Shown: piece by piece, positions 1 through 10,069 of the stretch
Numbering within the stretch: position 1 is the first letter of the stretch
Layout: each line of letters starts with the position of its first letter
NCBI GenBank assembly: GCA_963804165.1
Contig: CAWDPO010000016.1
Coordinates: forward strand, 1-64,000
From: an uncultured delta proteobacterium
Lineage (GTDB): Bacteria > Desulfobacterota > Binatia > UBA9968
DNA length: 64,000 nt
Reading direction: 5' to 3'
The notes under the pieces: model-generated
Told to the model about the DNA's origin: nothing
Databases searched by the model: none
What the model saw: the letters and a program-made list of their open reading frames with translations, nothing else
Translations under genes and position numbers: made by a program

Positions 1-7
1 TGCGACG

Positions 8-1141
8 GTGCGATGGTTGACGGATCTGAAAGTGAAATGGATCCTTTCCACCAGCACTCACGCGGTGAAGACGGGCGGCAAGATTAAATTTCCATCCGGA
101 CGAGTGATATCGGTGAACGATGGCGGTCTGGGTCTCGTGGAGATGCTATTTCCGACCGCCGAGAACAAAGGCATTGAAATTATCTATGAAGCCAGGGCTA
201 CGGGTTTGATTCTCGATAAAAAGGGCGAGGTCACCGGAGTCCGGGTTCAAACCAGAGAAGGTTTGGTGGATTTTAACAGCCGCGCTGTCGTGTTAGCTGC
301 TGGCGGGTTCGAGGCCAATCCGGAAATGCGCGCGCGCTACCTCGGTACCGGTTGGGATTTAGTGAAAGTCCGTGGCTCGCGCTACAACTCAGGTGAAGTG
401 CTCAATATCGCGTTGGGGCTCGGCGCGCAGCCGATTGGTCACTGGAGCGGCTGCCACGCGGTATTGGTCGACGCGGAAGCTCCTGACGTCGAGTGCGCCT
501 ACGAGCATCGCTATTCGTATCCCTACGGGATCATGGTCGACATCAACGGCAAGAGGTTCGTCGACGAGGGCGAAGATTTCTTCAGCTATACTTACGCGAA
601 GTGCGGCCGCGAAGTATTGCGTTTGCCCTGGCGCACGGCCTACCAAATATTCGACAGCAAAACTCGTCCGCTGCTGCGCTCGGAGTATAACCGCGGCTTT
701 CATGTCTCCGCCGATACGATGGAAGCTTTGGCAAAAAAATTGCCGGGCTTAGACTGGGAAAATGTCGTAAAGACAGTCGCCGCGTTCAATGACGCGGTGA
801 ACGATGCGCCGTTCGATCCTTCGAAACATGACGGCAAGTGCACTCAAGGCATCAGCCCGGTGAAGTCCAACTGGGCGCAGCGCTTGGACGCGCCGCCCTA
901 TTATGCCTTTCCGGTGACTTGCGGCATAACGTTTACCTTCGGCGGAATCGGCATCACGGAAAAAGGCGAAGTCAAAGACACCGGCGAGAACGTAATTAGC
1001 GGACTCTTCGCGGCGGGTGAAATTACCGGTGGATCGTTCTTTAACAATTATCCCGGTGGGTCGGGTTTGATGAAAGGCGCGGTTTTCGGCCGGTTGGCAG
1101 GCACAAGCGCGGCTGACTTCGCCAAGGCGAAGCGTGCCTAG
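8..1141 (+). CDS. FAD-dependent oxidoreductase, tricarballylate dehydrogenase TcuA-like (5' end cut by window edge)
   Basis: Motifs VVLAAGGFEANPEMRARYLG, CGITFTFGG and NYPGGSGL..G.VFGR.AG fit TcuA/flavocytochrome c flavoproteins. The N-terminal Rossmann motif lies outside the window. Confidence 0.75.
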   Translation: MRWLTDLKVKWILSTSTHAVKTGGKIKFPSGRVISVNDGGLGLVEMLFPTAENKGIEIIYEARATGLILDKKGEVTGVRVQTREGLVDFNSRAVVLAAGGFEANPEMRARYLGTGWDLVKVRGSRYNSGEVLNIALGLGAQPIGHWSGCHAVLVDAEAPDVECAYEHRYSYPYGIMVDINGKRFVDEGEDFFSYTYAKCGREVLRLPWRTAYQIFDSKTRPLLRSEYNRGFHVSADTMEALAKKLPGLDWENVVKTVAAFNDAVNDAPFDPSKHDGKCTQGISPVKSNWAQRLDAPPYYAFPVTCGITFTFGGIGITEKGEVKDTGENVISGLFAAGEITGGSFFNNYPGGSGLMKGAVFGRLAGTSAADFAKAKRA

Positions 1142-1184
1142 TACCGCTCAGTCGAAGAGACGATTAGTTTCGTTGAAGGAGTCG

Positions 1185-2204
1185 ATGGTGCATTACCGAC
1201 GCAAATCAAAATACTTCATTGGGGTCTCCCTTTTTATCCATTTGCTCGCGGTTCCCGTCTGGTCGCAGGACCGTGATGCGATGATTGCCAAGGCCAAAGA
1301 AGAAAAGGAGTTCGTCTATTACAGCACCACGGACATCCGCGACGGTACGGCGATGGTCCATGCGTTCCAAAAAAAATATCCTTTTATCGAACCCAAGCTT
1401 TTGCGTCTCGGCAGCACGCAAGTCGTTGTCAAGGTTCTCCAGGAACACCGCGGCGGCGCGCATTTATTCGACGTGATCTCGGCGACCAGCTTTCAGTTCT
1501 ACGAAATCTTCAAAGAAAACTTATTTCAAAAGTATGACTCACCGGAACGGCGCGCTTTTGCCGAGGACTTCAAGGACAAGGACGGTGTCTGGGTAAGCGC
1601 CTATCACAATGCCAGTGTCGTCGCCTATAACACCAAACTCTTGAAGCCGGCGGATCTGCCCAAAAGTTACGATGACCTGCTCGCTCCGAAGTGGAAGGGC
1701 AAAATGCTCATGGATAGCCGGGAGACCGAATGGTATGCGAGCATGCTGCAGATACTTGGCCAGGAAAAGGGCTTACGCCTGATGCGCGGCCTCGCCAAGC
1801 AAGATCTTAGTTTTCGGCCCGGACGTACACTGATTACTCAGGTCTTAAGCGCAGGCGAAGCGCCGCTGGCGGTCAATGACTATGACCACTTGGTGCAGGC
1901 TGCAAAGAAACTCGGTGGCCCGGTGGAGTCGCTACCCTTAACACCGGTCGTTAGCCGGGTCACCCCGATCGCTTTGGGTCGCTATGCGCCCCATCCGAAC
2001 GTGGGTAAGTTATTCATCGATTTTGCGCTTTCCGAAGAAGGACAAAAAATTCTTCGTAGTTTCGGGCGCAGCTCCGCGCGTAAAGGAATTGAGCCGGACG
2101 AGCTCCAGAAAAAAGGCATCAAGCTGTACGTCAGCGACATTAGTCTCGCGAAGGACTACGCGCGCTATGACAAAGAATTCAAAGAAATTTTCAACTTGAG
2201 ATGA
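1185..2204 (+). CDS. Extracellular solute-binding protein (Fe3+/thiamine/polyamine-type ABC SBP)
   Basis: Signal-peptide-like N-terminus; AKAKEEKEFVYYST, YNTKLL...PKSYDDLLAPKWKGK, APHPNVGKLFIDFALSEEGQ. Start at ATG 1185 is a best guess. Confidence 0.8.
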   Translation: MVHYRRKSKYFIGVSLFIHLLAVPVWSQDRDAMIAKAKEEKEFVYYSTTDIRDGTAMVHAFQKKYPFIEPKLLRLGSTQVVVKVLQEHRGGAHLFDVISATSFQFYEIFKENLFQKYDSPERRAFAEDFKDKDGVWVSAYHNASVVAYNTKLLKPADLPKSYDDLLAPKWKGKMLMDSRETEWYASMLQILGQEKGLRLMRGLAKQDLSFRPGRTLITQVLSAGEAPLAVNDYDHLVQAAKKLGGPVESLPLTPVVSRVTPIALGRYAPHPNVGKLFIDFALSEEGQKILRSFGRSSARKGIEPDELQKKGIKLYVSDISLAKDYARYDKEFKEIFNLR

Positions 2205-2232
2205 TTCGCAGAGAAACACGGGAGTGAACGAG

Positions 2233-2298
2233 ATGGCGGACTTTGAGACCGATGTGCTGGTGGTCGGCAATGGCCCCGGGGCAGGCGCTAGATATTGA
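2233..2298 (+). pseudogene. N-terminal fragment of an FAD-binding oxidoreductase
   Basis: GGAG RBS, then MADFETDVLVVGNGPGAGARY*: a DVLVVGxGxxG dinucleotide-binding start that stops after 21 codons. Confidence 0.55.
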
Positions 2299-2384
2299 TC
2301 GTCCCGATATTTGCGAGCTCGTGCCGCATCTGCCAGCGAAAGCATCGACAGCTACAATTTTTGAAGTGTAGAGGAGAAACAAAA

Positions 2385-3746
2385 ATGGCAACTGGCATTA
2401 CTGAAATGCTCGCGGCCCACACAGCGAAGGTGCGTTATGAAGACATTCCACCCGAGGCGATTGAAAAAGCCAAGGATTGCATTCTCGACCAGATCGGCGT
2501 CGAGCTGATCGGCTCGACCTTGGAATGGAACAAAATCGCTTATCGCTATGTCACCGATATGGGCGGGCGCGCCGAAAGTACCATCGTCAACTACGGCGCC
2601 AAGGCTCCCGTATTGGACGCCGCATTTGTCAACGCCACCTTCGGTCAAGGTTGCGAACTCGATGACGTCGGCTTTGCCGCCGGCGGTCATCTCGGCGCCG
2701 CTACGGTGCCGGTCGCGCTCGCGGTTTGTGAGAAACAGCGCAGCACCGGCAAAGATTTTCTTGCCGCGGTGGTCGTTGGCTGCGACGTCATGTATCGGCT
2801 ACTTGCGGCGGTTCGGCCTTCATCCGGTAAGCGAGGGTTTCATAGTCATGGCATCGGTGCTCCTTTCGGTGCGATGACGACGGCGGCAAGACTGTTGCGC
2901 TTGAATGATGGACAAATACTGCATGCGTTCGGAATCGCTGGTATGCATTCCAGCGGCACGATGGAATACGATCAGACCGGAGGAGAAGTTAAAAGGGTGA
3001 TCGCCGGTGTCGCCGCGCGCAGTGGCATCCAAGCGGCAATGCTCGCTCAACTCGGGCTCACGGGTCCACCGACCATTATCGAAGGCAAGCGGGGATTCTT
3101 GAAAGTATTTGCCGATCAGGTCGAGCCTGAAGAAATTACGCGCGATCTTGGTAGTGACTTTAAGATCATGCGGCTCTGGTTTAAGCTTTATCCCTGCGTC
3201 GCCACGGTACAGGGCGTCATTTACACGCTGACCAAGATGATCGAAGAACACCATTTCGGCGTGGACGACATCGATGAAATACGCGTTGGTATCTCTGAAA
3301 CCTCGCTTTCGCACGGGGGCGCAATCTACGAACCGCACGATACTGCCAGCGCACAATTCAGTCTGCCGTTTTCGCTGGCGATCCGCTTATTGAAAAACGA
3401 TAACGATCTGAGTTTTTACATGGACCCCAAACTGTGGACCGACCCAAAAGTGCTGGCTCTAGCGAAGAAAGTTAAGAGCTACGCTGATCCCAATGCCAAA
3501 AAGGATCAGAACTACAACACGACGATGGAAGTGAAACTCAACAGCGGTCAGAGCCACAAAGCGTTCGAAGCCTATCCTCCCGGGTCACCGCTCAATATGG
3601 TCAGCCGTGAAGTGCTGAGAACGAAGTTTCGCAAAATGGCCGGCGCCGTGTTGGTCGAAGAGCGCGTTGAGCAATTGATCGAAGCGATAGACCGGTTGGA
3701 AACCTACGAGGATGCGGCCAAACTCATTCCACTCGTTGTAAAGTGA
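2385..3746 (+). CDS. MmgE/PrpD family protein
   Basis: AAFVNATFGQGCELDD, GFHSHG, IIEGKRGF, KLYPC, AQFSLPF, PGSPLN; GAGGAG RBS before ATG 2385. Confidence 0.88.
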   Translation: MATGITEMLAAHTAKVRYEDIPPEAIEKAKDCILDQIGVELIGSTLEWNKIAYRYVTDMGGRAESTIVNYGAKAPVLDAAFVNATFGQGCELDDVGFAAGGHLGAATVPVALAVCEKQRSTGKDFLAAVVVGCDVMYRLLAAVRPSSGKRGFHSHGIGAPFGAMTTAARLLRLNDGQILHAFGIAGMHSSGTMEYDQTGGEVKRVIAGVAARSGIQAAMLAQLGLTGPPTIIEGKRGFLKVFADQVEPEEITRDLGSDFKIMRLWFKLYPCVATVQGVIYTLTKMIEEHHFGVDDIDEIRVGISETSLSHGGAIYEPHDTASAQFSLPFSLAIRLLKNDNDLSFYMDPKLWTDPKVLALAKKVKSYADPNAKKDQNYNTTMEVKLNSGQSHKAFEAYPPGSPLNMVSREVLRTKFRKMAGAVLVEERVEQLIEAIDRLETYEDAAKLIPLVVK

Positions 3747-4119
3747 CGAAGTAAAGCGAACTTGCAAAGGTGTAGCGGGTTCTTAAGAAGACGATCAAAC
3801 GGATGCTGGAATTGAAGACGGCCTATCAATCAAGCGCGAATCAAAATTGATCCGCCACTCTCCGGAGCACTGAGAAACTGCCCCTCCGACGCCCTATATC
3901 CTTTTATAGCACGTCTCATGCTCTCATAACTTCCAAATAGTGCCGAGCACAAGTGATCGGCACGCACACGGATTGTGTTTTCACGCGACTGGCTCTAACA
4001 TATGCAGGTTTAGCGTAACGCAGAATGCCGTTTGTGCGTCTGATTGGGTTACTTTCATCCGGCCGGCGCCTCATTTAACATTCGCGACGACGCAACTCTG
4101 TCAGTGGAGGCGACGCAAG

Positions 4120-4425
4120 TTGAAGCATCGTGAACTCGGTTTGATCCAAGGATTTCTTCTGTGCCTGCGCGATTCAGAAGCCCTGCGGTTGCAGAACAGC
4201 CGGTGGAAAAGAAGTCTCTTGATATTTAGCAGTGGGGTTTGCCTTGAGATTGCCGCTCTACCATTTGCAGCCGGCTTAATGGGTTATGCGACGTCCTGGT
4301 ATTTTTGGCTTTTGACGTGGCTGTTTGTGCCCTTAGGTCTGCTCGGTTTATATGCGAGTAGATTCGGCGGCGATCGTCTCGTCGAATGGCTTTTGGTTAT
4401 TCCCAAGCTAGATCTGCGGCTCTAA
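4120..4425 (+). CDS. Small hypothetical membrane protein (2 TM)
   Basis: GGAGG RBS before TTG 4120; two hydrophobic segments. Confidence 0.5.
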   Translation: MKHRELGLIQGFLLCLRDSEALRLQNSRWKRSLLIFSSGVCLEIAALPFAAGLMGYATSWYFWLLTWLFVPLGLLGLYASRFGGDRLVEWLLVIPKLDLRL

Positions 4426-4564
4426 GGAGTTACGCCGACCCCGGGCGCTGAGTTTGGTGAGTTACAATCCAAAGCCGCTCGACAAATCCAAACTTGCCAT
4501 TTTCCGAGAGCATCCTAACTTCGCCATCACGGCGTTAATCGTAAATCGGAATCCTTGTCGTCCG

Positions 4565-5686
4565 CTAATGAATAAATTCCAAGGCGATTGAGAACGCGAT
4601 TAAAAATATGATCACCCATTCCAATATTTCCATGCGCTGGTTTGACGCCTGTCCGGAGATTTTTTCGTAAATACTCTCGAGTGTCTGCAACTTGCGCAGA
4701 ATGCTCGAGTCCCAGTCGTCAAGGTGAAAGCGGCGATTGGCGATGCGATAGACCCGCGCCAGGTACTGGTCGCCAAGCAATTTAAGCGTGTTATTGACGC
4801 CCTCGAATAAGGTGGCGTTATCGACTTGCAGCTCGGCCAAGCTGCCCAGATCGGCGCTATAGGAGGCAAAAACGCGCCGCAGACCCCACGACCGCCGTGG
4901 CAGTGTCGCGTAAGCTTGATCCAGGGCGCGATCGAGCTTCTGATCGACGTAGCGCATCTCCAACAACTCCACATTGGCGAATTCGAGAACCGCGCGGACA
5001 TCTTCGCCTTCGCGGTCGATGAGCAGCGCGGCGTTCCAATCGACCACCGTGACATCCTCGACGCCATAGGAAACACGCGCCGAGAGCGCGTCGTCCACCT
5101 CCTGATCGGAAAGCGTTTGACGCTCTGCGCGAAGAATCTGGGCGATTTGACGAGCATGCTTCGAGCAAAAAAGATTCGCGTTCAACGGTTCGTTAAGACT
5201 CTCGACATGGAAAATGACGTAATCCTCCACCACCGAGGAATGGTGCGGCTGGACAGCAGCATCGCCAATGGTCTTCAACAACTCTTGGACTCTCAATTGC
5301 GAATCTGCAAGCAGCGCTTCGTTGTCGTAAAGCTCCTCGCTGAGAATGAGCAAGTCCTCAAACGGACCTTCAATCGGCAGCGAATAAATAACCGCCACCG
5401 CGCCGAAATCATAAATCATCACGTCCGAGCTTGGGCGGGTGGTAAATTTGCCAACACTGATCGGCTTGGCGTCCTGGCTCATTCTCAAGGGCGGCGGTTG
5501 ATACTCGAAATAGCTCGGTGTGCGTCTTTTGTGCGCGATGGTCGGCCGCTGGGTTTCCTCATCCGTGCGCCGCTCGGCTTTGGCGAGGTCGATGGAGCGT
5601 GCCGCATCGTACGCGAAGATTGCGTAGCATAAACCTTTTTGAATGGTTGCCGTCGAGATGGACGGCGGCTGAAGCTCGGTGCTCAT
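4565..5686 (-). CDS. RMD1/DUF155-like hypothetical protein with C-terminal TM helix
   Basis: Long ORF; YDFGAVAV and C-terminal RMEILEWVIIFLIAFSI resemble the RMD1/YagE family. Confidence 0.6.
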   Translation of the reverse strand: MSTELQPPSISTATIQKGLCYAIFAYDAARSIDLAKAERRTDEETQRPTIAHKRRTPSYFEYQPPPLRMSQDAKPISVGKFTTRPSSDVMIYDFGAVAVIYSLPIEGPFEDLLILSEELYDNEALLADSQLRVQELLKTIGDAAVQPHHSSVVEDYVIFHVESLNEPLNANLFCSKHARQIAQILRAERQTLSDQEVDDALSARVSYGVEDVTVVDWNAALLIDREGEDVRAVLEFANVELLEMRYVDQKLDRALDQAYATLPRRSWGLRRVFASYSADLGSLAELQVDNATLFEGVNNTLKLLGDQYLARVYRIANRRFHLDDWDSSILRKLQTLESIYEKISGQASNQRMEILEWVIIFLIAFSIALEFIH

Positions 5687-5743
5687 TCTCATTTCAATGT
5701 AGCACCGGAAAACCTCAAGAAGGAAGGTTCGCAGGAATAAAAA

Positions 5744-5777
5744 TGCCAAGGGACGCGGCTTAGCGCGCCCCTTGGCA
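5744..5777 (-). terminator. Intrinsic terminator after the sigma factor gene
   Basis: Minus-strand hairpin TGCCAAGGGGCGCG-ctaagc-CGCGTCCCTTGGCA followed by TTTTTATT. Confidence 0.65.
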
Positions 5778-5799
5778 AATGCAACTTGATGGGATCGGG

Positions 5800-7344
5800 T
5801 TAGTTCAACGACGGATCACCGGCGATTTCTTTGGTGGCCGGGATTTGCGGCTTTCGTCGCGTCGGGTTGCGTAGAATTTGCAACGATTTCTGTTCGATCT
5901 GACGGATGCGCTCGCGCGTGACCGCAAACATGTCGCCCAACTCTTCGAGCGTGTAATCGCGTTTTTCCTCGATGCCGAAACGCTTCCGCAATACGGTCTC
6001 CTGTCGCGGCGTCAGAACCGCTAAAGCTTTTCGCACTTCGGACTGAAATAGCCCTTCCAAGGCCTGACTCTCTGGCTGGGGACGGATGCGATCTTCGACA
6101 AAGTCGCCGAGCTCGTCGCCGTCTTCCCAGATCGGCGTTTGCAATGAGACAGGCTCGCCTTGGGTTTGCACGAGCTTGAGCAGTTCGGCAACGGATACGC
6201 GCATTTCTTTGGCGAGCTCCTCCGGGCGCGGATCGCGGCCCAATTTACGTTGCATCTCACGCGCCGTTTGGATCACCTTGTTGCGTGACTCGACTCGGTG
6301 CACCGGGACGCGAATTGTATGACCGGTGTCGATCAGCCCGCGGGTAATGCCTTGCCGAATCCACCAAGTCGCGTAGGTAGAAAAGCGAAAACCAAGCCGG
6401 TAATCGAATTTTTCCACCGCTCGCATTAACCCCAAATTGCCCTCCTGAACGAGATCGAGAAAACTCAAACCACGGTTGATATATTTCTTCGCGATGCTGA
6501 CGACCAGACGCAAATTGGCTTCGGTGAATTCCTTCCGTGCCGCCTTGACACGGGCTTCACCTTCGTGAATGCGCCGAGTTTGTTCCTTCAATTGATCGGC
6601 CGTGAGTCCGGCGGTTTGTTCGATCCGCCGGATCTCGGATAGCGCGGCTTCTTTCTTGGCCCGCGAATGGCCTCGCGTTTGTGCTTCGAGTCCGATCATC
6701 CGCTCGGTCAGTCCGGTCAATTGCCCGATCATTCGTTCAATTTGTTCCGAAGAAAGGCGCAGTGCTTTGATCACACCGAAGATTTTCACCAGCTGGGAAT
6801 GTTCGTTTCGCAATAGACGATTGCGCGTCTGCTCGGACAAGCGCGCCCGGCGTAAATCAGCGCGGATTCGATCCCATTGCCGGAGCAGCCGCGCGAGCTT
6901 GGCTACCTGCTTTAACAACGGTTTGAGATCGACGTTGGTTTCGCGCTCCTCATCTTCATCATCCGACTTGGCGATCACTTCACGCAACTCTAGCTCGCCG
7001 GCGCTGAGGGCCGCTCCTAGCGCTTCGATGCGGCGCAGAGCAAAGGGCGTGGAAAAGAGCGCCTCAAAAATTTGCTGATTGGCACTTTCTACTTCTTTCG
7101 CAAGCTCAATTTCCCGTTCACGACTCAAGAGTCGCACCGAACCGATGTCCTGAAGATACTGCTGGACCGAACTGACCGAAGTATCGGCCTTGTCGGACTC
7201 GGCCTCCTCCTCATTGGCCGTTTCCTCAGAGGCTTCGATCTGAGCTGGAAAATCCTGATCCTGTTCCGGTAGCTGTACGACACCGAGATCCTCATTGCGC
7301 AAATCTTCATTTGCTTCTCTTTCGGTATCGAATGGTGGTGACAT
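5800..7344 (-). CDS. RNA polymerase sigma-70 factor, RpoD-like paralogue lacking region 1.1
   Basis: Region 1.2 ([24 protein letters not shown]), non-conserved region, region 2 ([13 protein letters not shown]...[19 protein letters not shown]...[11 protein letters not shown]), region 4 ([17 protein letters not shown]); AGGAG RBS. Confidence 0.9.
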   Translation of the reverse strand: MSPPFDTEREANEDLRNEDLGVVQLPEQDQDFPAQIEASEETANEEEAESDKADTSVSSVQQYLQDIGSVRLLSREREIELAKEVESANQQIFEALFSTPFALRRIEALGAALSAGELELREVIAKSDDEDEERETNVDLKPLLKQVAKLARLLRQWDRIRADLRRARLSEQTRNRLLRNEHSQLVKIFGVIKALRLSSEQIERMIGQLTGLTERMIGLEAQTRGHSRAKKEAALSEIRRIEQTAGLTADQLKEQTRRIHEGEARVKAARKEFTEANLRLVVSIAKKYINRGLSFLDLVQEGNLGLMRAVEKFDYRLGFRFSTYATWWIRQGITRGLIDTGHTIRVPVHRVESRNKVIQTAREMQRKLGRDPRPEELAKEMRVSVAELLKLVQTQGEPVSLQTPIWEDGDELGDFVEDRIRPQPESQALEGLFQSEVRKALAVLTPRQETVLRKRFGIEEKRDYTLEELGDMFAVTRERIRQIEQKSLQILRNPTRRKPQIPATKEIAGDPSLN

Positions 7345-8009
7345 AATTCTCTCCTTTTTTAATGAGCCAACATCCATTCCCATTAGACGCTGCTAAGCCT
7401 CTCTAAGTTCGCATGTTTTGCATCAAATTGCCGTCTTTTTTGCGAGAATTTTTCGGGCAGAGCTCGGGCTTTTTGAGCTTTCATCAATAGTCGAATTTAC
7501 TCAGGGACTTACGCTGGCAAATGGACGCAAGTTTTTTCAAGTTAAGGATGGTGCCTCGGGGTGTCAAGGGCAATAAACGAAATCTCTTCGAGAGTGATCG
7601 ACTTTCGAAGGGAAGCCAAAAACCTGATTTTATTCACACTAGAGGCGATAATTTGACAATTGTCCGAGAGCTCGAGCGGGAGTGGATCTGCTATAAGTCC
7701 GGCCAGAAGTGACCGGCAATTTGTAGGTCTGCCGAGCAGTGGCGGGGCATGACCTGGTAAATCATTCCGCTCCACGGCGGCTGCCGTCGCCAGAAAATAG
7801 TCAGCTGGCTGCTAACTGCAGCGTAAACTCGGTTCACCTTCAGTAGCTTCCTGGGTGGCAAATTTGAAACAGTAATTTTTCAACAATTACGAAATCTCGA
7901 GCGCGATGTCATAAAATTCGCGATTTAATTGTTGGCATGCTGCTGTAATTCATTGCCTTCTCTATAATTATGATTTTACAGAAATTATAATTTCGCAAAG
8001 GACGCTTCA

Positions 8010-8425
8010 ATGAATCGACTTACGACTCCTCACGGTTAGCATCGATAAGGGCGACGGCGTCAACGTCATCCTAGGCGAGAGCCACTTGGTCAAAACCGTC
8101 GAAGATATTCACGAGACTCTAGTGCAGACCGTTCGTGGGATCAAATTTGGCGTCGCTTTTTGGGAGGCGTTTGGTGTCATGCTGGTGCGTTGACGCGGAA
8201 CCGACGAGGCGATGATCGAGCGCCAAGTAACGCGCTCGCATTTTTTTTCCGCTCGACGTTCTCAGCTCGTTGTGCTACGGCCAATCCGGATCGAAGTCGT
8301 AATCGTTGAAACCGAACAGGGGCGCGGCATTCTGGGGTAATCGACGGCGGCAAGAGCAAGGGCATCGAAGATGAAAGCGGCGTCGCTTAGCGTAAATAAC
8401 TCTTTGGCAAGTTAGCCTATATAGC
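8010..8425 (+). pseudogene. Degraded adenosine-specific kinase family (DUF355) gene
   Basis: Manual translation: ..VNVILGESHLVKTVEDIHETLVQTVRGIKFGVAFWEA..VR*RGTDEAMIE..CATANP..IEVVIVETEQGRGILG/VIDGGKSKGIEDE..A*RK*; several stops, frameshifts and deletions. Confidence 0.75.
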
Positions 8426-8564
8426 TCGTTTTTCGCGGCGCCAAAAATCCTGATCTGTTACCTTTTGTGTCATCGGCCGTGTCAATTTACGACACCTGAG
8501 CTGCCCACGCACACCGTCACCGCGGTATTTGCTAAAATTACAATGACTTAGAAAAACGTCTTGT

Positions 8565-8580
8565 TGGCACAGGCTCTGCT
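8565..8580 (+). promoter_or_regulatory. Putative sigma-54 (-24/-12) promoter
   Basis: TGGCACAGGCTCTGCT (GG-N10-GC), 13 bp upstream of ATG 8594; IHF-like TTACAATGACTTAG just upstream. Confidence 0.6.
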
Positions 8581-8593
8581 TAAACAACTTCCC

Positions 8594-8986
8594 ATGGCCT
8601 ATAAAGTTCTCGTCATCGAAGATAACACCGATTGTCGCGAGCTCTTCGCCACGATTATTCGCCATTTGGGCTTTCAGGTTATCGAAGCAGATGATGGGGA
8701 AGTGGGCGTGCAAAAGGCTTTAGCCGAGAAACCCGACCTGATTTTTATGGATCTCGGCATGCCGAGCATGAGTGGGATCGAGGCCACGGTTTGTCTGCGC
8801 GAGAGCGCGGTTACAAAAGATGTCCCAATTATAATTTGCACTGCCTGGATGGCGCAAAACCACCGGGAAGCGGCTTTACGATTCGGCGCCCGCGAAGTAA
8901 TCAGCAAGCCGGTTTCGCTGCATCAGCTCCAGACCGTGCTGCTGCGCTATTTCCCCACGCCAACTGAGGCAAGCCAGGCGCACTAA
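8594..8986 (+). CDS. Single-domain response regulator (CheY/DivK-like)
   Basis: KVLVIEDN, PDLIFMDLGMPSMSG, IIICTA, SKP. Confidence 0.9.
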   Translation: MAYKVLVIEDNTDCRELFATIIRHLGFQVIEADDGEVGVQKALAEKPDLIFMDLGMPSMSGIEATVCLRESAVTKDVPIIICTAWMAQNHREAALRFGAREVISKPVSLHQLQTVLLRYFPTPTEASQAH

Positions 8987-9338
8987 GATCAAGAGTCCCG
9001 CAGGAGCGAACTCGACTAAAAGCGCTACGCCGCTCGTAAGGCAAAGTTAAATCCACGCGGCAATCGGTTACTGTGATTCTGTATGCCCTAGCAATCCATC
9101 GCGTTGGGCAAGTGTTACAATCTATAAAAATCCTATAAAAATCCCACTCCGTTCGCTTAAGCCGGCAGGCTGAAGTGTGCATCAGAAGCCGCTTTACGTG
9201 CCTGACGTTGCTTTTTCGGATCGGCTAGTGCTAAAAATCGACAGGATGCACGAGCCGCACGGTTTGGCCTCTGAAGGTCGAAATTCGCTGTGGACGCGTC
9301 CCGCATGATTGAGTGAGAATGCGATCAGGAGGACTTTC

Positions 9339-10046
9339 ATGAAACCACAAGAATGGCGGCAAAAACTAGGTGACTGCGTACGTTATCTATTTTTGTCGCC
9401 GGAGATGAAGCATTTCTACTCAACTCCCATGACGTCAGCGCGAGCGCGGATTTACGTGCTGCAACTGGGTCTCTATGTGCGTCAGCGGCGCAATTTTTGG
9501 CCGCAGGTGGCGGCCAACTGTCCGGAGTTCGAGGTCAAGCAGCGCATCATGGAGCATGAATACGAGGAACTGGTCGAAGACGAGCATTCAAAACACGGTC
9601 ATCTGGATCTGATTTTTCGTCAAGGCAAGGAAGTAGGTCTAAGCGTGGACGATGTGCTTCAGGCCGAGCCATTGCCAACGACCAAGGCGGCGATCTACGG
9701 CTGGTTTTGGATCGCGCGTCAGCGTCCCTGGCAGGAGGCGATCGCGGCTTCGACCATCGCCGAATGGACCAATGACGATCGATTGCTCGGTGACATCGGC
9801 GGCGGCAACTGCACGCAGCTGTACAAGATTTGGAAGCGAGATTTGAATTTTACTGACGCTCAGATGCCCAACTTCACCGCGCATAGCAAAGCCGATGTAA
9901 AGCATTCCGACATGTTCATCGACGTGCTCGAAAAATATGTCGCGCCGGGCCGGGAGCAAGAAGTGCTCGACACTGCCAAGGAATCAATGGACCTCCATCG
10001 CGCTTACTTTGGCGGCATGGCTCATGCCATGTCTCAGGCGTCCTGA
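9339..10046 (+). CDS. Heme-oxygenase-like diiron oxidase (PqqC/CADD/TenA superfamily)
   Basis: Ligand pattern EE...H (YEELVEDEHSKHGHLD), E (IAEW) and HxxxDxxH (HSKADVKH); GGAGG RBS. Confidence 0.75.
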   Translation: MKPQEWRQKLGDCVRYLFLSPEMKHFYSTPMTSARARIYVLQLGLYVRQRRNFWPQVAANCPEFEVKQRIMEHEYEELVEDEHSKHGHLDLIFRQGKEVGLSVDDVLQAEPLPTTKAAIYGWFWIARQRPWQEAIAASTIAEWTNDDRLLGDIGGGNCTQLYKIWKRDLNFTDAQMPNFTAHSKADVKHSDMFIDVLEKYVAPGREQEVLDTAKESMDLHRAYFGGMAHAMSQAS

Positions 10047-10069
10047 CGATCCGAGAGGGGAAGCTGAGG

